64,000 bases of DNA from Alphaproteobacteria bacterium (GTDB lineage: Bacteria > Pseudomonadota > Alphaproteobacteria > UBA2966). The notes beneath the pieces are model-generated. The model worked only from the letters and a program-made list of their open reading frames with translations. It did not search any database and was not told the DNA's origin. The stretch is from assembly GCA_964291395.2 (NCBI GenBank), contig OZ219856.1, forward strand, positions 1,024,001-1,088,000, written 5' to 3'. The number at the start of each line of letters is the position of its first letter. Position 1 is the first letter of the stretch. Below are positions 31,637 to 41,431 of this stretch, one piece after another. The position numbers and the translations under genes are program-made.

Positions 31637-32893
31637 TCATCGAGAGCCTGGCTGCCCGCCCGGCGTGATGTCTCCGGCGATCACGTGACGGCCGGCACCC
31701 GTGGCGGCCGGCGCGTTTCCCGCCTCTCCCTGAATGGTTTGGTTGCCGATCGCCATCATGGTCAGCACCTCGCGCGCTTGGACCGGAACGCCGAGATCGT
31801 CCAGCGTGCGGACCGGAATGGGGGCCAGGCGCTCGCGGATGAGGTCGACGAGCGTGGTGTTCGATGCGCCGCCGCCGGCAAGGAAGATCTCGTCGATGGC
31901 GATGCGCGGCAGGATATGTTCCCGGTAGGCGAAGGCGATGCTGTCCGCCGTGAACGCCGCCGCGGTGGCCAGCAGATCGGCGTCGGAGAGGCCAATCTCT
32001 CGGCCCTTGTCGAAGAAGCCGCGTGCGTACTCATGCCCGAAGAGCTGGCGGGCGGCCGCCTTGGGGGGACGCTGCCGAATGAAGGGATGATCCATGAACT
32101 CTGCGAGGAGTTGCCGGTTCGCCGTACCGGCGGCGGCCAGGCGACCGTCTTCGTCGAACGCCTGCCCGCCATCGCTGATCCAGCCGACGAAGGCGTCCAT
32201 GATCATGTTTCCGGGGCCCGAGTCGAAGGCGAACATGTCGTCGAGCGTGCCGCCTGCGGGCAAAACCGTGGGGTTGGCGATACCCCCGATGTTGTGGAGC
32301 GCCCGGCTCCGCTCGTCGTGGGTGAACAATGCCCAATCGCCGTAGGACACGGTGGGGACACCCAGACCGCCTGCGGCGATGTCGCGTTGCCGGAGGTTCG
32401 AGACCGTGGTCACGCCGGTACGCTCGGCGATGAACGCGCCCGCGCCCATGTCCAGGAACGCCGTGACGGCGGTGTCGCCCAGCCAGTTGTGATCCTCCCG
32501 CTGGCCGTCGATCACTTGGTAGCAGACTTGGCCCGACGATACGATCAGGTCGATGTCCCGGAGCGCGAGGCCGGCCCGGTCGACGATCCGCTCGGCGATC
32601 TCCGCGAAGTAGGCGCCGAGCGCATTGTCGGCTTGCGCGATCCGGTCGACGCTGCCCGTGTTCCTGGAAAAGACGTCAAAGATGCGTTCCTGCAGCGGAC
32701 TCTCGTAGTCGTAATCCTGCCAATCGATGATCTCGAATCTCGTGTCGCGGCCGCTTCCGGAGAATTTCGCGATCAACGCGGTGGGACCGTCGGCGGACGT
32801 CCCCGAGTGCAGGCCGACGATCGTCCGCGTCTCCTTGCGTACGTAGTCGATGAGAGCCTGGAGGTAGCGAGGCAGGTATTCGTCTGAAGACAC
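31637..32893 (-). CDS. anmK: anhydro-N-acetylmuramic acid kinase family protein (divergent)
   Basis: SGTSADG, NIGGIAN, FDSGPGN, GGGASN. Confidence 0.82.
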   Translation of the reverse strand: MSSDEYLPRYLQALIDYVRKETRTIVGLHSGTSADGPTALIAKFSGSGRDTRFEIIDWQDYDYESPLQERIFDVFSRNTGSVDRIAQADNALGAYFAEIAERIVDRAGLALRDIDLIVSSGQVCYQVIDGQREDHNWLGDTAVTAFLDMGAGAFIAERTGVTTVSNLRQRDIAAGGLGVPTVSYGDWALFTHDERSRALHNIGGIANPTVLPAGGTLDDMFAFDSGPGNMIMDAFVGWISDGGQAFDEDGRLAAAGTANRQLLAEFMDHPFIRQRPPKAAARQLFGHEYARGFFDKGREIGLSDADLLATAAAFTADSIAFAYREHILPRIAIDEIFLAGGGASNTTLVDLIRERLAPIPVRTLDDLGVPVQAREVLTMMAIGNQTIQGEAGNAPAATGAGRHVIAGDITPGGQPGSR

Positions 32894-32917
32894 GATGCGG
32901 TGTATCCAATTTGGAGA

Positions 32918-33856
32918 TTACGGACTTGGTTCGGTGCGGCGTTTCGTCGTCGGTTTGGGCATGACGGTGGCGAGGGCGCCGACGAGCAGTGCGAACGCCA
33001 AGGCGTCCAGCGCCGTCATCGTTTCACCGAGCATGACCAGGCCGCCGGCGAACGCCACTCCGGGCACGGCGAGTACGGACAGCGACGCCACGATGGCGGG
33101 GACCTGCTTGATGAGAACGAAGAACCCCAGAAACCCGATGAGGTTGCATCCGAACGCGACGAAGAGGGCGGAGAGCAATGCGGTGGAGGACACGGGTCCG
33201 AACCGGTCGATCTCGGTAAGCCCCATCAGGCAGAGCGGTATCCCGCCGATCACGAACATCCATCCCGTCAGGACGAGCGGCGGGACGTGGCCCGAGGCGC
33301 TTTTGGCGGCGATGGTTCCGCACGCCCATGAGACCGCAGCCGCCAGTCCGATCAGAACGCCCAGGGAGATCCCGCCTCCGGCCGTCTGTATCCACAACAG
33401 GACCATGCCGCCGATCCCCAGCACCAAACCGATCCAGTGGCCGCGGGTGGGCCGTTCTCCCAGCACGGGAATGCCGATGATGAAGGCCCAGAGCGGCATG
33501 GTGTAGATCATGATCGAGGTCTGACCTGCCGCGATGTACAGCGTGCTGAAATTCGTCAGCACATGGGTGAGCGTGACTGTAAAGAAGCCCGTCAGAACCA
33601 CGCCCAGGCGGTATTCGCGTGGCACATGGAGCGAGTGGCCGTTGGCGCGGGCGAGTACCAGCAGGACGAGGCCCGGCACGATCCCCGCCAGGCCCCGAAA
33701 GGTGAAGATCGGGATCTCGAGCGCTGCCGCCTTCATCGTCGGATAGGACGCACCCCACAACAGGACGATGAAGATCAGCAGGACCAGTGCTCGTGCGGAC
33801 AGGCGCGACGGAGTGGGTTGCCGCGCCTCGGCGGCGGGAGGTGTCGACCTGTTCAT
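32918..33856 (-). CDS. EamA/DMT family transporter
   Basis: About 10 TM segments, LWGASYP, VLGER. Confidence 0.9.
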   Translation of the reverse strand: MNRSTPPAAEARQPTPSRLSARALVLLIFIVLLWGASYPTMKAAALEIPIFTFRGLAGIVPGLVLLVLARANGHSLHVPREYRLGVVLTGFFTVTLTHVLTNFSTLYIAAGQTSIMIYTMPLWAFIIGIPVLGERPTRGHWIGLVLGIGGMVLLWIQTAGGGISLGVLIGLAAAVSWACGTIAAKSASGHVPPLVLTGWMFVIGGIPLCLMGLTEIDRFGPVSSTALLSALFVAFGCNLIGFLGFFVLIKQVPAIVASLSVLAVPGVAFAGGLVMLGETMTALDALAFALLVGALATVMPKPTTKRRTEPSP

Positions 33857-34056
33857 GGGTCGACTCTTTCAGGGGGGTCCGGACGCCGCAAGCGTGGTGC
33901 GGGCTTGATCTACGCGCCGATCAACGGCACTGCCGCGTACCGGCCCGGCCCCGTGGACCGGGCAGGCGGGATCGTCGGTTCGAACGCAAGGCGGCGGATC
34001 GTCTATTCTTCCCGTTCGTATCGATCTCTTCGAATGCCTCTTGCGACGGATTCGCC

Positions 34057-35265
34057 ATGAACGACAGACCCACAGGGCCCCTTTCCGGCGTTCGCGTCAT
34101 CGACATCACGACGATCATTCTGGGGCCCTACGCGACCCAGCTGCTTGGAGACCTTGGCGCCGACGTTATCAAGATCGAAGCCCCGGGTGCCGGCGATCCC
34201 ATCCGCCACGCGGGTCCCAAGCGCAACGAGGGCATGGGCGGCATCTTTCTGAACGTGAATCGCAACAAACGGAGCGTCGTTCTCGATCTGAAGCAGGAAG
34301 GGGCGAAGGGAGTCTTGCGCCGCCTCGTCCCGACGGCTGACGTCTTTTTCCACAACATGCGGCCGCAGGCGATCGGGCGTCTGGGATTCGATTACGAGGC
34401 GGTCTCGGACCTGAGGTCGGATATCGTCTATTGCGGCGCGTACGGATACTCCGAAAAAGGTCCGTACGGCGCCAAGCCGGCCTACGACGATCTGATACAG
34501 GGCGCGTCGGGATTGGCGGTGCTCGGCGCGGACTCCGATGGGGCGCCGCGCTACACGCCGACCATTCTGGTGGACAAGCTCGTCGGTTTGATGGCGAGCC
34601 AAGCCATTCTCGGCGCGCTCTACCACCGGTCTCAAACGGGAGAAGGGCAGAAGGTCGAGGTGCCGATGTTCGAGACCATGACGGCTTTCATGCTGGCCGA
34701 GCACATCTATGGCCGCGCCTTCGAGCCCCCGATCGAGGGATCGGGATACGCCCGCGTCATATCCCCGCATCGCAAGCCTGCCAAAGCCAAGGACGGCTAC
34801 ATCTGTATCCTGCCGTACACCGAGGCGCAGTGGTCCGGCTTCTTCGAGATATCGGGGCGCTCGGAATTGGGCTCGGATCCGAGATTCAAGGACTATGCGT
34901 CGCGCAACAGGAACATCGATGCCTTGTACGAGATGATGGGCGAAGCGATCGCGGAGAAGACCGTCGCAGAGTGGGCGGCGCTCTGCGACAGGACCCAAAT
35001 CCCCTGGGCGCCGGTGAATACGCTGGACGACCTGTTCGTGGACGAACATCTCCGGGCGATCGGGTTCTTTCACCGTTCCACGCATCCGAGCGAGGGCGAC
35101 ACGGTTCTTCCGGAGCCGCCCGTTCGGTTCTCGGCGACACCGGCCTCGATCCACCGGCATGCGCCGCGCCATGGAGAGCACGGCGCCGAGGTGCTAAAGG
35201 AGTTGGGATACACGGAGGACGAGATCGACCAACTGGAGGAATGCGGCGCGCTTCGGGTGCCGTGA
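34057..35265 (+). CDS. CaiB/BaiF family III CoA-transferase
   Basis: GPYATQLLGDLGADVIKIE, NRNKRS, PAYDDLIQ. Confidence 0.93.
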   Translation: MNDRPTGPLSGVRVIDITTIILGPYATQLLGDLGADVIKIEAPGAGDPIRHAGPKRNEGMGGIFLNVNRNKRSVVLDLKQEGAKGVLRRLVPTADVFFHNMRPQAIGRLGFDYEAVSDLRSDIVYCGAYGYSEKGPYGAKPAYDDLIQGASGLAVLGADSDGAPRYTPTILVDKLVGLMASQAILGALYHRSQTGEGQKVEVPMFETMTAFMLAEHIYGRAFEPPIEGSGYARVISPHRKPAKAKDGYICILPYTEAQWSGFFEISGRSELGSDPRFKDYASRNRNIDALYEMMGEAIAEKTVAEWAALCDRTQIPWAPVNTLDDLFVDEHLRAIGFFHRSTHPSEGDTVLPEPPVRFSATPASIHRHAPRHGEHGAEVLKELGYTEDEIDQLEECGALRVP

Positions 35266-35312
35266 TCCCGATCGGTCGTCAATGAACCAGGGCACGATCA
35301 AGGAGAGGACAT

Positions 35313-35630
35313 ATGTCGAAGACGTTGGTCATGGTGATGGTGGAAAAGCCTGAGAGTGTCAGCGACGAGGAATTCAATCGACTGTACAGCGAAGACCATA
35401 TCCCGGCGCTCCTGAGCGTTCCCGGGGTGCACGGGGCGAGGCGCTACAGGGTGAACAAGGTGGATGGCGATTTGGACGTGCCGGCGTACTTCGCGTTGTA
35501 CGAAGTCGACTCCCCGGAGACGCGTGGTTCCGAGGCGTGGCAGAAGGCGGCCAACACGGGAGAGTGGGCGGATACCGTTCGCCCGCTTATCACGAAACGC
35601 ATGGCCGTCACGCTCGATCCCATCGATTGA
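35313..35630 (+). CDS. dimeric alpha/beta-barrel protein (DUF4286/EthD-like)
   Basis: EFNRLYSEDHIPALLSVPGV..ARRY..YFALYE; strong RBS. Confidence 0.75.
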   Translation: MSKTLVMVMVEKPESVSDEEFNRLYSEDHIPALLSVPGVHGARRYRVNKVDGDLDVPAYFALYEVDSPETRGSEAWQKAANTGEWADTVRPLITKRMAVTLDPID

Positions 35631-35838
35631 GTTCGCCGGAGCCGACTGTTCGCTGCAGCGCCGGGGGTCCGAGGCCGTTCGCGGAGGCCGTTGAAGTATC
35701 GGATCGTCCCGGAGGAGTTGCCTGCCCGGTAAAGAGCGTTCGGCACGTGCTATCGACCGAGGTCGTTTTGCAGAGGTGGGCTCGCCGGAATGCGTGTTCG
35801 CGGCGGAGGCCCGCGCGTTTCAAGGTAACATACCTCCA

Positions 35839-37932
35839 ATGAGCTGGCGCATCGGCGTTGACATCGGCGGCACGTTCACGGACGTGGCCGTGCTCGACGA
35901 GGTGAGCGGGCGCATCGGTATCGTCAAGACGTCGACCACGCCGCGGGACTTCGTCGCCGGCGTGGTCCACGCGCTGAAAGCGGCGATGGCGCGCCACGGC
36001 GTTCCCGCTTCGGATGTCGTTCTCCTGTCGCACGCGACCACCGTCGTGACCAACGCCATTCTCGAGGAGAAAGGTGCGAAGACCGCTCTGATCACCACGC
36101 GCGGCTTCAGAGATGTTCTCGAGCTGCGCCGTTCGGCTCGCGCGCGTCTCTATGACCGCAATCAGGAGCCGCCGGCCGTCCTCGTGCCCCGTCACAGGAG
36201 ATTCGAGATCACCGAGCGCGTCGGCGCGGACGGCGAGGTGGTGATCCCGCTCGAGGAAGATGAGCTCGACGCCATCGCCGAGGAGATCGGGAACGAAGGC
36301 GTGGAGGCGGTCGCGGTATGCCTCTTGTTCTCGTTTCTCCATGACGATCACGAACGCCGAATCGGTGCGCGGCTGCGGGCCGCATTGCCCGGCGTGCCCG
36401 TCTTCCTCTCCTGCGACGTTCTGCCCGAGTTGAAGGAATTCGAGCGTACCAGCACGACCGCCGTCTGCGCCTATGTCGGCCCCATCCTCGCGTCGTACGT
36501 GGAACGCCTGGAGCAGGCGACTCGGGAGCTGAAACTGCCGCCGCTCCACATCATGGGTTCGAGCGGCGGGTTTCTGGATGTCGCCGAAAGCATGAAGATG
36601 CCGGCCATGGCCGTGGAGTCCGGCCCCGCCGCTGGCGTCGTCGCGGCGGCCTTCATCGGCAGGCAGCTCGACGAGCCGAACCTGATCTCCTTCGACATGG
36701 GCGGCACGACCGCCAAGGCGAGCCTCATCCGTGACGGACGTGTCGAGGTGACGTCGGAGTACGAGGTCGGCGCCGATGCCAACGTCGCCCGTTGGATGCA
36801 CGGCACCGGTCACCCGATCAAGGTGCCCGTCATCGACCTTGCGGAGGTCAGCGCGGGCGGTGGCAGCATCGCGTGGATCGATTCGGGCGGCGGCATGCAC
36901 GTCGGCCCCCGGAGCGCCGGTGCCGAGCCGGGCCCCGTTTGCTACGGGCAGGGCGGGCGGGAGCCCACGGTCACCGACTGCGACCTGATCCTCGGGTACT
37001 TGAATCCGGAATACTTTCTGGGTGGCGAGCTGATCCTCGACGCGGCGGCGGCCGAAGCCGCCTTGCGGGAGAGAGTCGCCGAACCCCTTGGTCTCCCGCT
37101 TCTCGAAGCCGCGGCCGGCGTCGTCGCGGTGGTGGACCACAACATGGCGGAGGCGCTGCGCATCGTTTCCGTCGAACGCGGCCACGATCCGCGCGACTTC
37201 TGCCTCGTCGCGTTCGGAGGCGCGGGGCCGGTGCACGCGGTCAGCCTCGCCCGGGAGCTCGACATCCCGAGGGTCATCGTGCCGCCTATCCCGGGCGGCT
37301 TCTCCGCCTTGGGTTTGGTCGCCACCGACCTGCGCCGGGAATACGTCCGTACCTTCTACAAGCGCCTCGACGAGGTGCCTCCGGATGAGATGTCGGAGGC
37401 ATTGTCGGCGATGGAGGAGATGGGGCGCGACATGCTGGTCGGCGCCGGCGTACCGGAGGTCAGGCGCAAGCTGCAACGGGCCGCGGATGTGCGATACACA
37501 CGGCAGGCCTATGAGCTTACCGTACCGATCGAGGACGGCGATATCGGTGCCGCGCATCTGGCGAAGCTGGCGGAGGCATTCCACGCCCGCCACCGCGCCA
37601 CCTATGGACACGACAGCCCCGACGAGCCGCTGCAGGTCGTCAATCTACGAGTCAGCGCCATCGGCGTTCTGGAGAGCCCGGTTCTGAAAGCGGGCGGTCG
37701 CGGGAGCGGCGCCATTGACGCCGCCCGGCGTGGGACGCGCCAAGTATACTTCAAGAATTTCGGCACAGTCTCGTGCGGGATCTTCGATCGAGACCGCCTG
37801 CCGTCGCGCGGCGATGTACCGGGGCCCGCCATCATCGAGGCGGCGGACACGACAATCGTCGTGCCTCTCGGATGGCGGGCGGGGATCGATCAGAAGGGGT
37901 TTCTCATCATGGAGAGAAGCGGCGATGGCTGA
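35839..37932 (+). CDS. hydantoinase/5-oxoprolinase subunit A
   Basis: GVDIGGTFTD, TTVVTNA, SGPAAG, DMGGTT, GGGSIA. Confidence 0.94.
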   Translation: MSWRIGVDIGGTFTDVAVLDEVSGRIGIVKTSTTPRDFVAGVVHALKAAMARHGVPASDVVLLSHATTVVTNAILEEKGAKTALITTRGFRDVLELRRSARARLYDRNQEPPAVLVPRHRRFEITERVGADGEVVIPLEEDELDAIAEEIGNEGVEAVAVCLLFSFLHDDHERRIGARLRAALPGVPVFLSCDVLPELKEFERTSTTAVCAYVGPILASYVERLEQATRELKLPPLHIMGSSGGFLDVAESMKMPAMAVESGPAAGVVAAAFIGRQLDEPNLISFDMGGTTAKASLIRDGRVEVTSEYEVGADANVARWMHGTGHPIKVPVIDLAEVSAGGGSIAWIDSGGGMHVGPRSAGAEPGPVCYGQGGREPTVTDCDLILGYLNPEYFLGGELILDAAAAEAALRERVAEPLGLPLLEAAAGVVAVVDHNMAEALRIVSVERGHDPRDFCLVAFGGAGPVHAVSLARELDIPRVIVPPIPGGFSALGLVATDLRREYVRTFYKRLDEVPPDEMSEALSAMEEMGRDMLVGAGVPEVRRKLQRAADVRYTRQAYELTVPIEDGDIGAAHLAKLAEAFHARHRATYGHDSPDEPLQVVNLRVSAIGVLESPVLKAGGRGSGAIDAARRGTRQVYFKNFGTVSCGIFDRDRLPSRGDVPGPAIIEAADTTIVVPLGWRAGIDQKGFLIMERSGDG

Positions 37933-39634
37933 CACCGTACCCGCTGCGTTCGCGGACAACGATCCGGCCACGTTCGAAGTGGTCAAGAACAGCCTCTACT
38001 CGATAGCCGCGGAAATGCGCGTCGTCCTGTCGAAAACCGCCTATTCCCCCATCCTGAAGTCGGCGGGCGATTTCTCGTGCGGCATATTCGACGTGCGAGG
38101 CGACATGGTGGCGCAAGGGCCGGACCTGCCCATGCATCTCGGCTCGATGCCGCTGGCCGTCAAGGCCGTCATCCAGGCCTGGGAAGAGGTCGCGCCGGGG
38201 GACGTGTTCATCCACAACGATCCATACTTCGGCGGCTCGCATCTTCCGGACGTCAACGTGGTGACGCCTGCGTTCGCGGATGGACGTTTGCTGGGATTCG
38301 TCTGCCTGCGGGCTCATTGGCCAGATGTCGGCGGCGGCACGCCCGGCAGCTACGGCACCGAGACCGAGATATTCGGCGAGGGCCTGCGTCTGCCTCCGGT
38401 CCGGCTCTATCGCCGGGGCGAACCCCTGCGCGAGGTCGAGGACATCATTTTTGCCAACGTGCGGACCCCGGACGAGGGGCGGGGCAACCTTCGCGCCCAG
38501 GTCGGCGCGAATCGTCGTGCGGTGACCCGACTCGAGGGGCTGGCTCGCCGCCACGGGCCGGATCGCCTGTTGCGCATCATGCAGGGCGTCATGGACCACT
38601 CCGAGATGATGATGCGTCAGGCTCTGGCGGAGTTGCCCGACGGCGAAGGGAGCTTCGAGGACTTCTGCGACGGCGACGGCATCCTCGAGCCGGGTGAGAC
38701 CGAAGACTCACCGTTCACCATCAGGCTGCACGTGAAGAAGAGCGGTGACGAACTCGCGGTCGATTTCACCGGAACCGATCCGGTGGTGCGGGGCCCCATG
38801 AACTCACCGCTGGCCGTGACGGCGTCGGGAGTCTATACCGCCGTGAAGACCGTGGCCGATTCGGACGCGCTGATTCCTCCCAATTCGGGCTGCTGGCGTC
38901 CGATCTCCGTGCAGGCCGAGACCGGGACCGTCGTCAACGCCACGCTTCCCGCGCCCGTGGTGTATGCAAACCACGAAATCGCTCACCGGGTGTGCGACAT
39001 GGTGTATATGGCGATGTCCGGCTTCGCGCCGAACAACGTCATGGCATGCTCCCAGGGAACGTCGGCCATCCTCGCCATGGGCGGCGTCGATCGGCGTACC
39101 GGCAATCGCTACGTCAACTACGAGGTCGTCAAGGGCGGTTTTGGCGCTCGCCCCGGCAAGGACGGTATCAACGCCATCGCTGCCAGCGTCGCCAACACGG
39201 CGAACACGCCGGTCGAGGTCGTGGAAATGAGTTTCCCGCTGCGGGTGGACCGCTACGAGCTGATTCCCGACTCGGGCGGAGCCGGGGAATATCGCGGAGG
39301 TCTCGCGGCCCGCCGCGTGTGGAAGATCCTCGACCACACGGCCCGGGCCACGGTCTGCTGCGAGCGATCCAAATCGCCGCCGTTCGGTCTGTTCGAGGGC
39401 AAGGCGGGTGCGCCTGCGCGCATCTACCTGATCGAGGCGGACGGCACCCGGCGCGACCTCAACAGCAAGGAGCATTTCATCGCGTCCGAGGACTCCGAGA
39501 TCTGGTACGAGGTTCCCGGATCGGGTGGGTTCGGTCCGCCCTCGGAACGCGATCCGGAAAAGGTTCGGGCCGACGTCCGCGACGGCTACGTCAGCGTCGA
39601 GTCCGCCAGGCGCGACTACGGGGTGGATGTCTGA
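37925..39634 (+). CDS. hydantoinase/5-oxoprolinase subunit B
   Basis: DFSCG, HLGS, NDPYFGGSHLPD, HWPDVGG, NTPVE, SGGAG. Confidence 0.94.
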   Translation: MADTVPAAFADNDPATFEVVKNSLYSIAAEMRVVLSKTAYSPILKSAGDFSCGIFDVRGDMVAQGPDLPMHLGSMPLAVKAVIQAWEEVAPGDVFIHNDPYFGGSHLPDVNVVTPAFADGRLLGFVCLRAHWPDVGGGTPGSYGTETEIFGEGLRLPPVRLYRRGEPLREVEDIIFANVRTPDEGRGNLRAQVGANRRAVTRLEGLARRHGPDRLLRIMQGVMDHSEMMMRQALAELPDGEGSFEDFCDGDGILEPGETEDSPFTIRLHVKKSGDELAVDFTGTDPVVRGPMNSPLAVTASGVYTAVKTVADSDALIPPNSGCWRPISVQAETGTVVNATLPAPVVYANHEIAHRVCDMVYMAMSGFAPNNVMACSQGTSAILAMGGVDRRTGNRYVNYEVVKGGFGARPGKDGINAIAASVANTANTPVEVVEMSFPLRVDRYELIPDSGGAGEYRGGLAARRVWKILDHTARATVCCERSKSPPFGLFEGKAGAPARIYLIEADGTRRDLNSKEHFIASEDSEIWYEVPGSGGFGPPSERDPEKVRADVRDGYVSVESARRDYGVDV

Positions 39635-39707
39635 TCGTTGGACCGGCTTTGAGCACCCGGTCGGCGTCTCGCTGTTGTGCACCGGTCGGCATGGCGTTCC
39701 TCCGATG

Positions 39708-40598
39708 CTATTCGCTCCCGTCATAGCGGTCGTCCCACAACGTCATCAGCGCCGGACTTTCCCAGGTGCCCCTTCCGCGCGCGTGCACAGCGGCGTTGAA
39801 TTGGGCGATGAGCGCGGTGATCGGGAGCGCCACGCCGAATCGTCGTGCCTCGTTGAGACAGAGACCCAGGTGGGTCATGAGGGAGTCGATGCCGCCGTCC
39901 ACGGGATCGAGCTCGCCGTCGATCATGCGTTGGATTCTGTGATCGAACCACCAGGATTGTGCCGAGCCCTTGCCGAGCAGTGAAAAAGCCCTGTCCAGAT
40001 CGAGGCCGGATTTGCGGGCGAATGCCACGCCCTCGGCGAGACCCTGCATGTTGGCCGAAATCAGGATCTGGTTGACCATCTTCGTGAGCTGACCGTGCCC
40101 GCTCGGTCCAATGTGATCGGCGGTCCGTGAGTAGGCGGTGAGGTAAGGTTTGGCCGCTGCCACGCCTGCCTCGGTGCCGCCGATCATGACGGCCAGCTCT
40201 CCGGCGTTTGCCAGCTCCTCCGCTCCCGAGACCGGCGCGTCCAGGTATTGGATGCCGCGCTCCGCGGCCGCCGCGGCCGATGCCTCCGCGGCCTGCGCCG
40301 TCATCGTGTTGTGATCGACGAACACGCTGCCGTCGGCCATCGTCTGAAAGGCGCCCGCCGTTCCCCGGGTCACGTCCCGGGACTCGTCGTCGCCCCCGAC
40401 ACAAGTGGCCACGTAGCGGGCGCCTTCCGCGGCCTCCGCCGCCGTGCGGGCGGCCCGCCCGCCGTGCTCGGCGACGAACGCGTCCGCCTTCTCGGAGACG
40501 ATGTCGTGAACCGTCACCTCGTAACCCGCGTTGGCGAGGTGCATGGCCATGGGCCTGCCCATCCGGCCGATACCGATAAACGCAACCTTGTCTGCCAA
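39708..40598 (-). CDS. beta-hydroxyacid dehydrogenase
   Basis: AFIGIGRMG, LDAPVSG, KMVNQ; TTG start after GGAGGT. Confidence 0.9.
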   Translation of the reverse strand: MADKVAFIGIGRMGRPMAMHLANAGYEVTVHDIVSEKADAFVAEHGGRAARTAAEAAEGARYVATCVGGDDESRDVTRGTAGAFQTMADGSVFVDHNTMTAQAAEASAAAAAERGIQYLDAPVSGAEELANAGELAVMIGGTEAGVAAAKPYLTAYSRTADHIGPSGHGQLTKMVNQILISANMQGLAEGVAFARKSGLDLDRAFSLLGKGSAQSWWFDHRIQRMIDGELDPVDGGIDSLMTHLGLCLNEARRFGVALPITALIAQFNAAVHARGRGTWESPALMTLWDDRYDGSE

Positions 40599-40623
40599 TG
40601 GATCACCTCCGGAAGGCTGATAT

Positions 40624-41412
40624 TCAGGTCTTGCGGAAATCCGGTGTCCGCTTTTCCAGGAAGGCGCTCGCGCCCTCATCTCGTTCGCCGCTCGCCAGGC
40701 ACAGCGCGAAGAGTTTGCGCTCGTATTCGATGCCTGCGGTCAGGTCGGCGTCCGGACTCGCCAGAACGGCATCACGGGCGGCCATCAGAGAGACGGGACC
40801 CTTGGCCTGCCATTTGCGGCAGATTTCGCGGCCGGCGTCCATGAGTCCCTCATCTTCGTGCACGGCATTGACCAACCCGATGACGAGTGCCTCGTCGGCG
40901 GATATCGGCTCGCCCAGGGTGACCATCGCCATGGCCCGTCCGAGTCCGACCATGCGGGTCAATCGCTGGGTGCCGCCGCTGCCCGGAATGACGCCGAGGT
41001 TGATCTCGGGCAGGCCGAGCCTCGCCGAGCGTGCCGCGATGCGAAGCGTGCAGGCCAGTGCGATCTCGAGACCGGCGCCAAGACAGTGGCCGTTGACGCA
41101 GGCAAGTGTCGGCAGACGCATGGTTTCCAACAGACGTGGAAGTTCACGGCGCAGGCCGGATTTCGTGGAGAGTTCGCTCGTTACCGTGCGTTCCTTCAGT
41201 TCGTTGACGTCGGCACCCGCGGAGAAGGCCCTGGGGCCGTCGCCGGTCAGGATGACGCAATCCGCCTCGCCGCCGTCTTCCAGGGAATGCAGGGCGTTCA
41301 TGCATTCCTCCCGCATGGGCAGGCTCATGGCATTGTACCGTTCGGGGTCCGAGAGGGTGATGGTCGCTATGCGGTCTTCGATATCGACCGAAATTCGGGT
41401 GTAGGTCGCCAT
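40624..41412 (-). CDS. enoyl-CoA hydratase
   Basis: AFSAGAD, GAGLE, PEINLGVIPGSGGTQRL; both catalytic Glu present. Confidence 0.93.
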   Translation of the reverse strand: MATYTRISVDIEDRIATITLSDPERYNAMSLPMREECMNALHSLEDGGEADCVILTGDGPRAFSAGADVNELKERTVTSELSTKSGLRRELPRLLETMRLPTLACVNGHCLGAGLEIALACTLRIAARSARLGLPEINLGVIPGSGGTQRLTRMVGLGRAMAMVTLGEPISADEALVIGLVNAVHEDEGLMDAGREICRKWQAKGPVSLMAARDAVLASPDADLTAGIEYERKLFALCLASGERDEGASAFLEKRTPDFRKT

Positions 41413-41431
41413 GATCTCTCCACTTCGGGCT

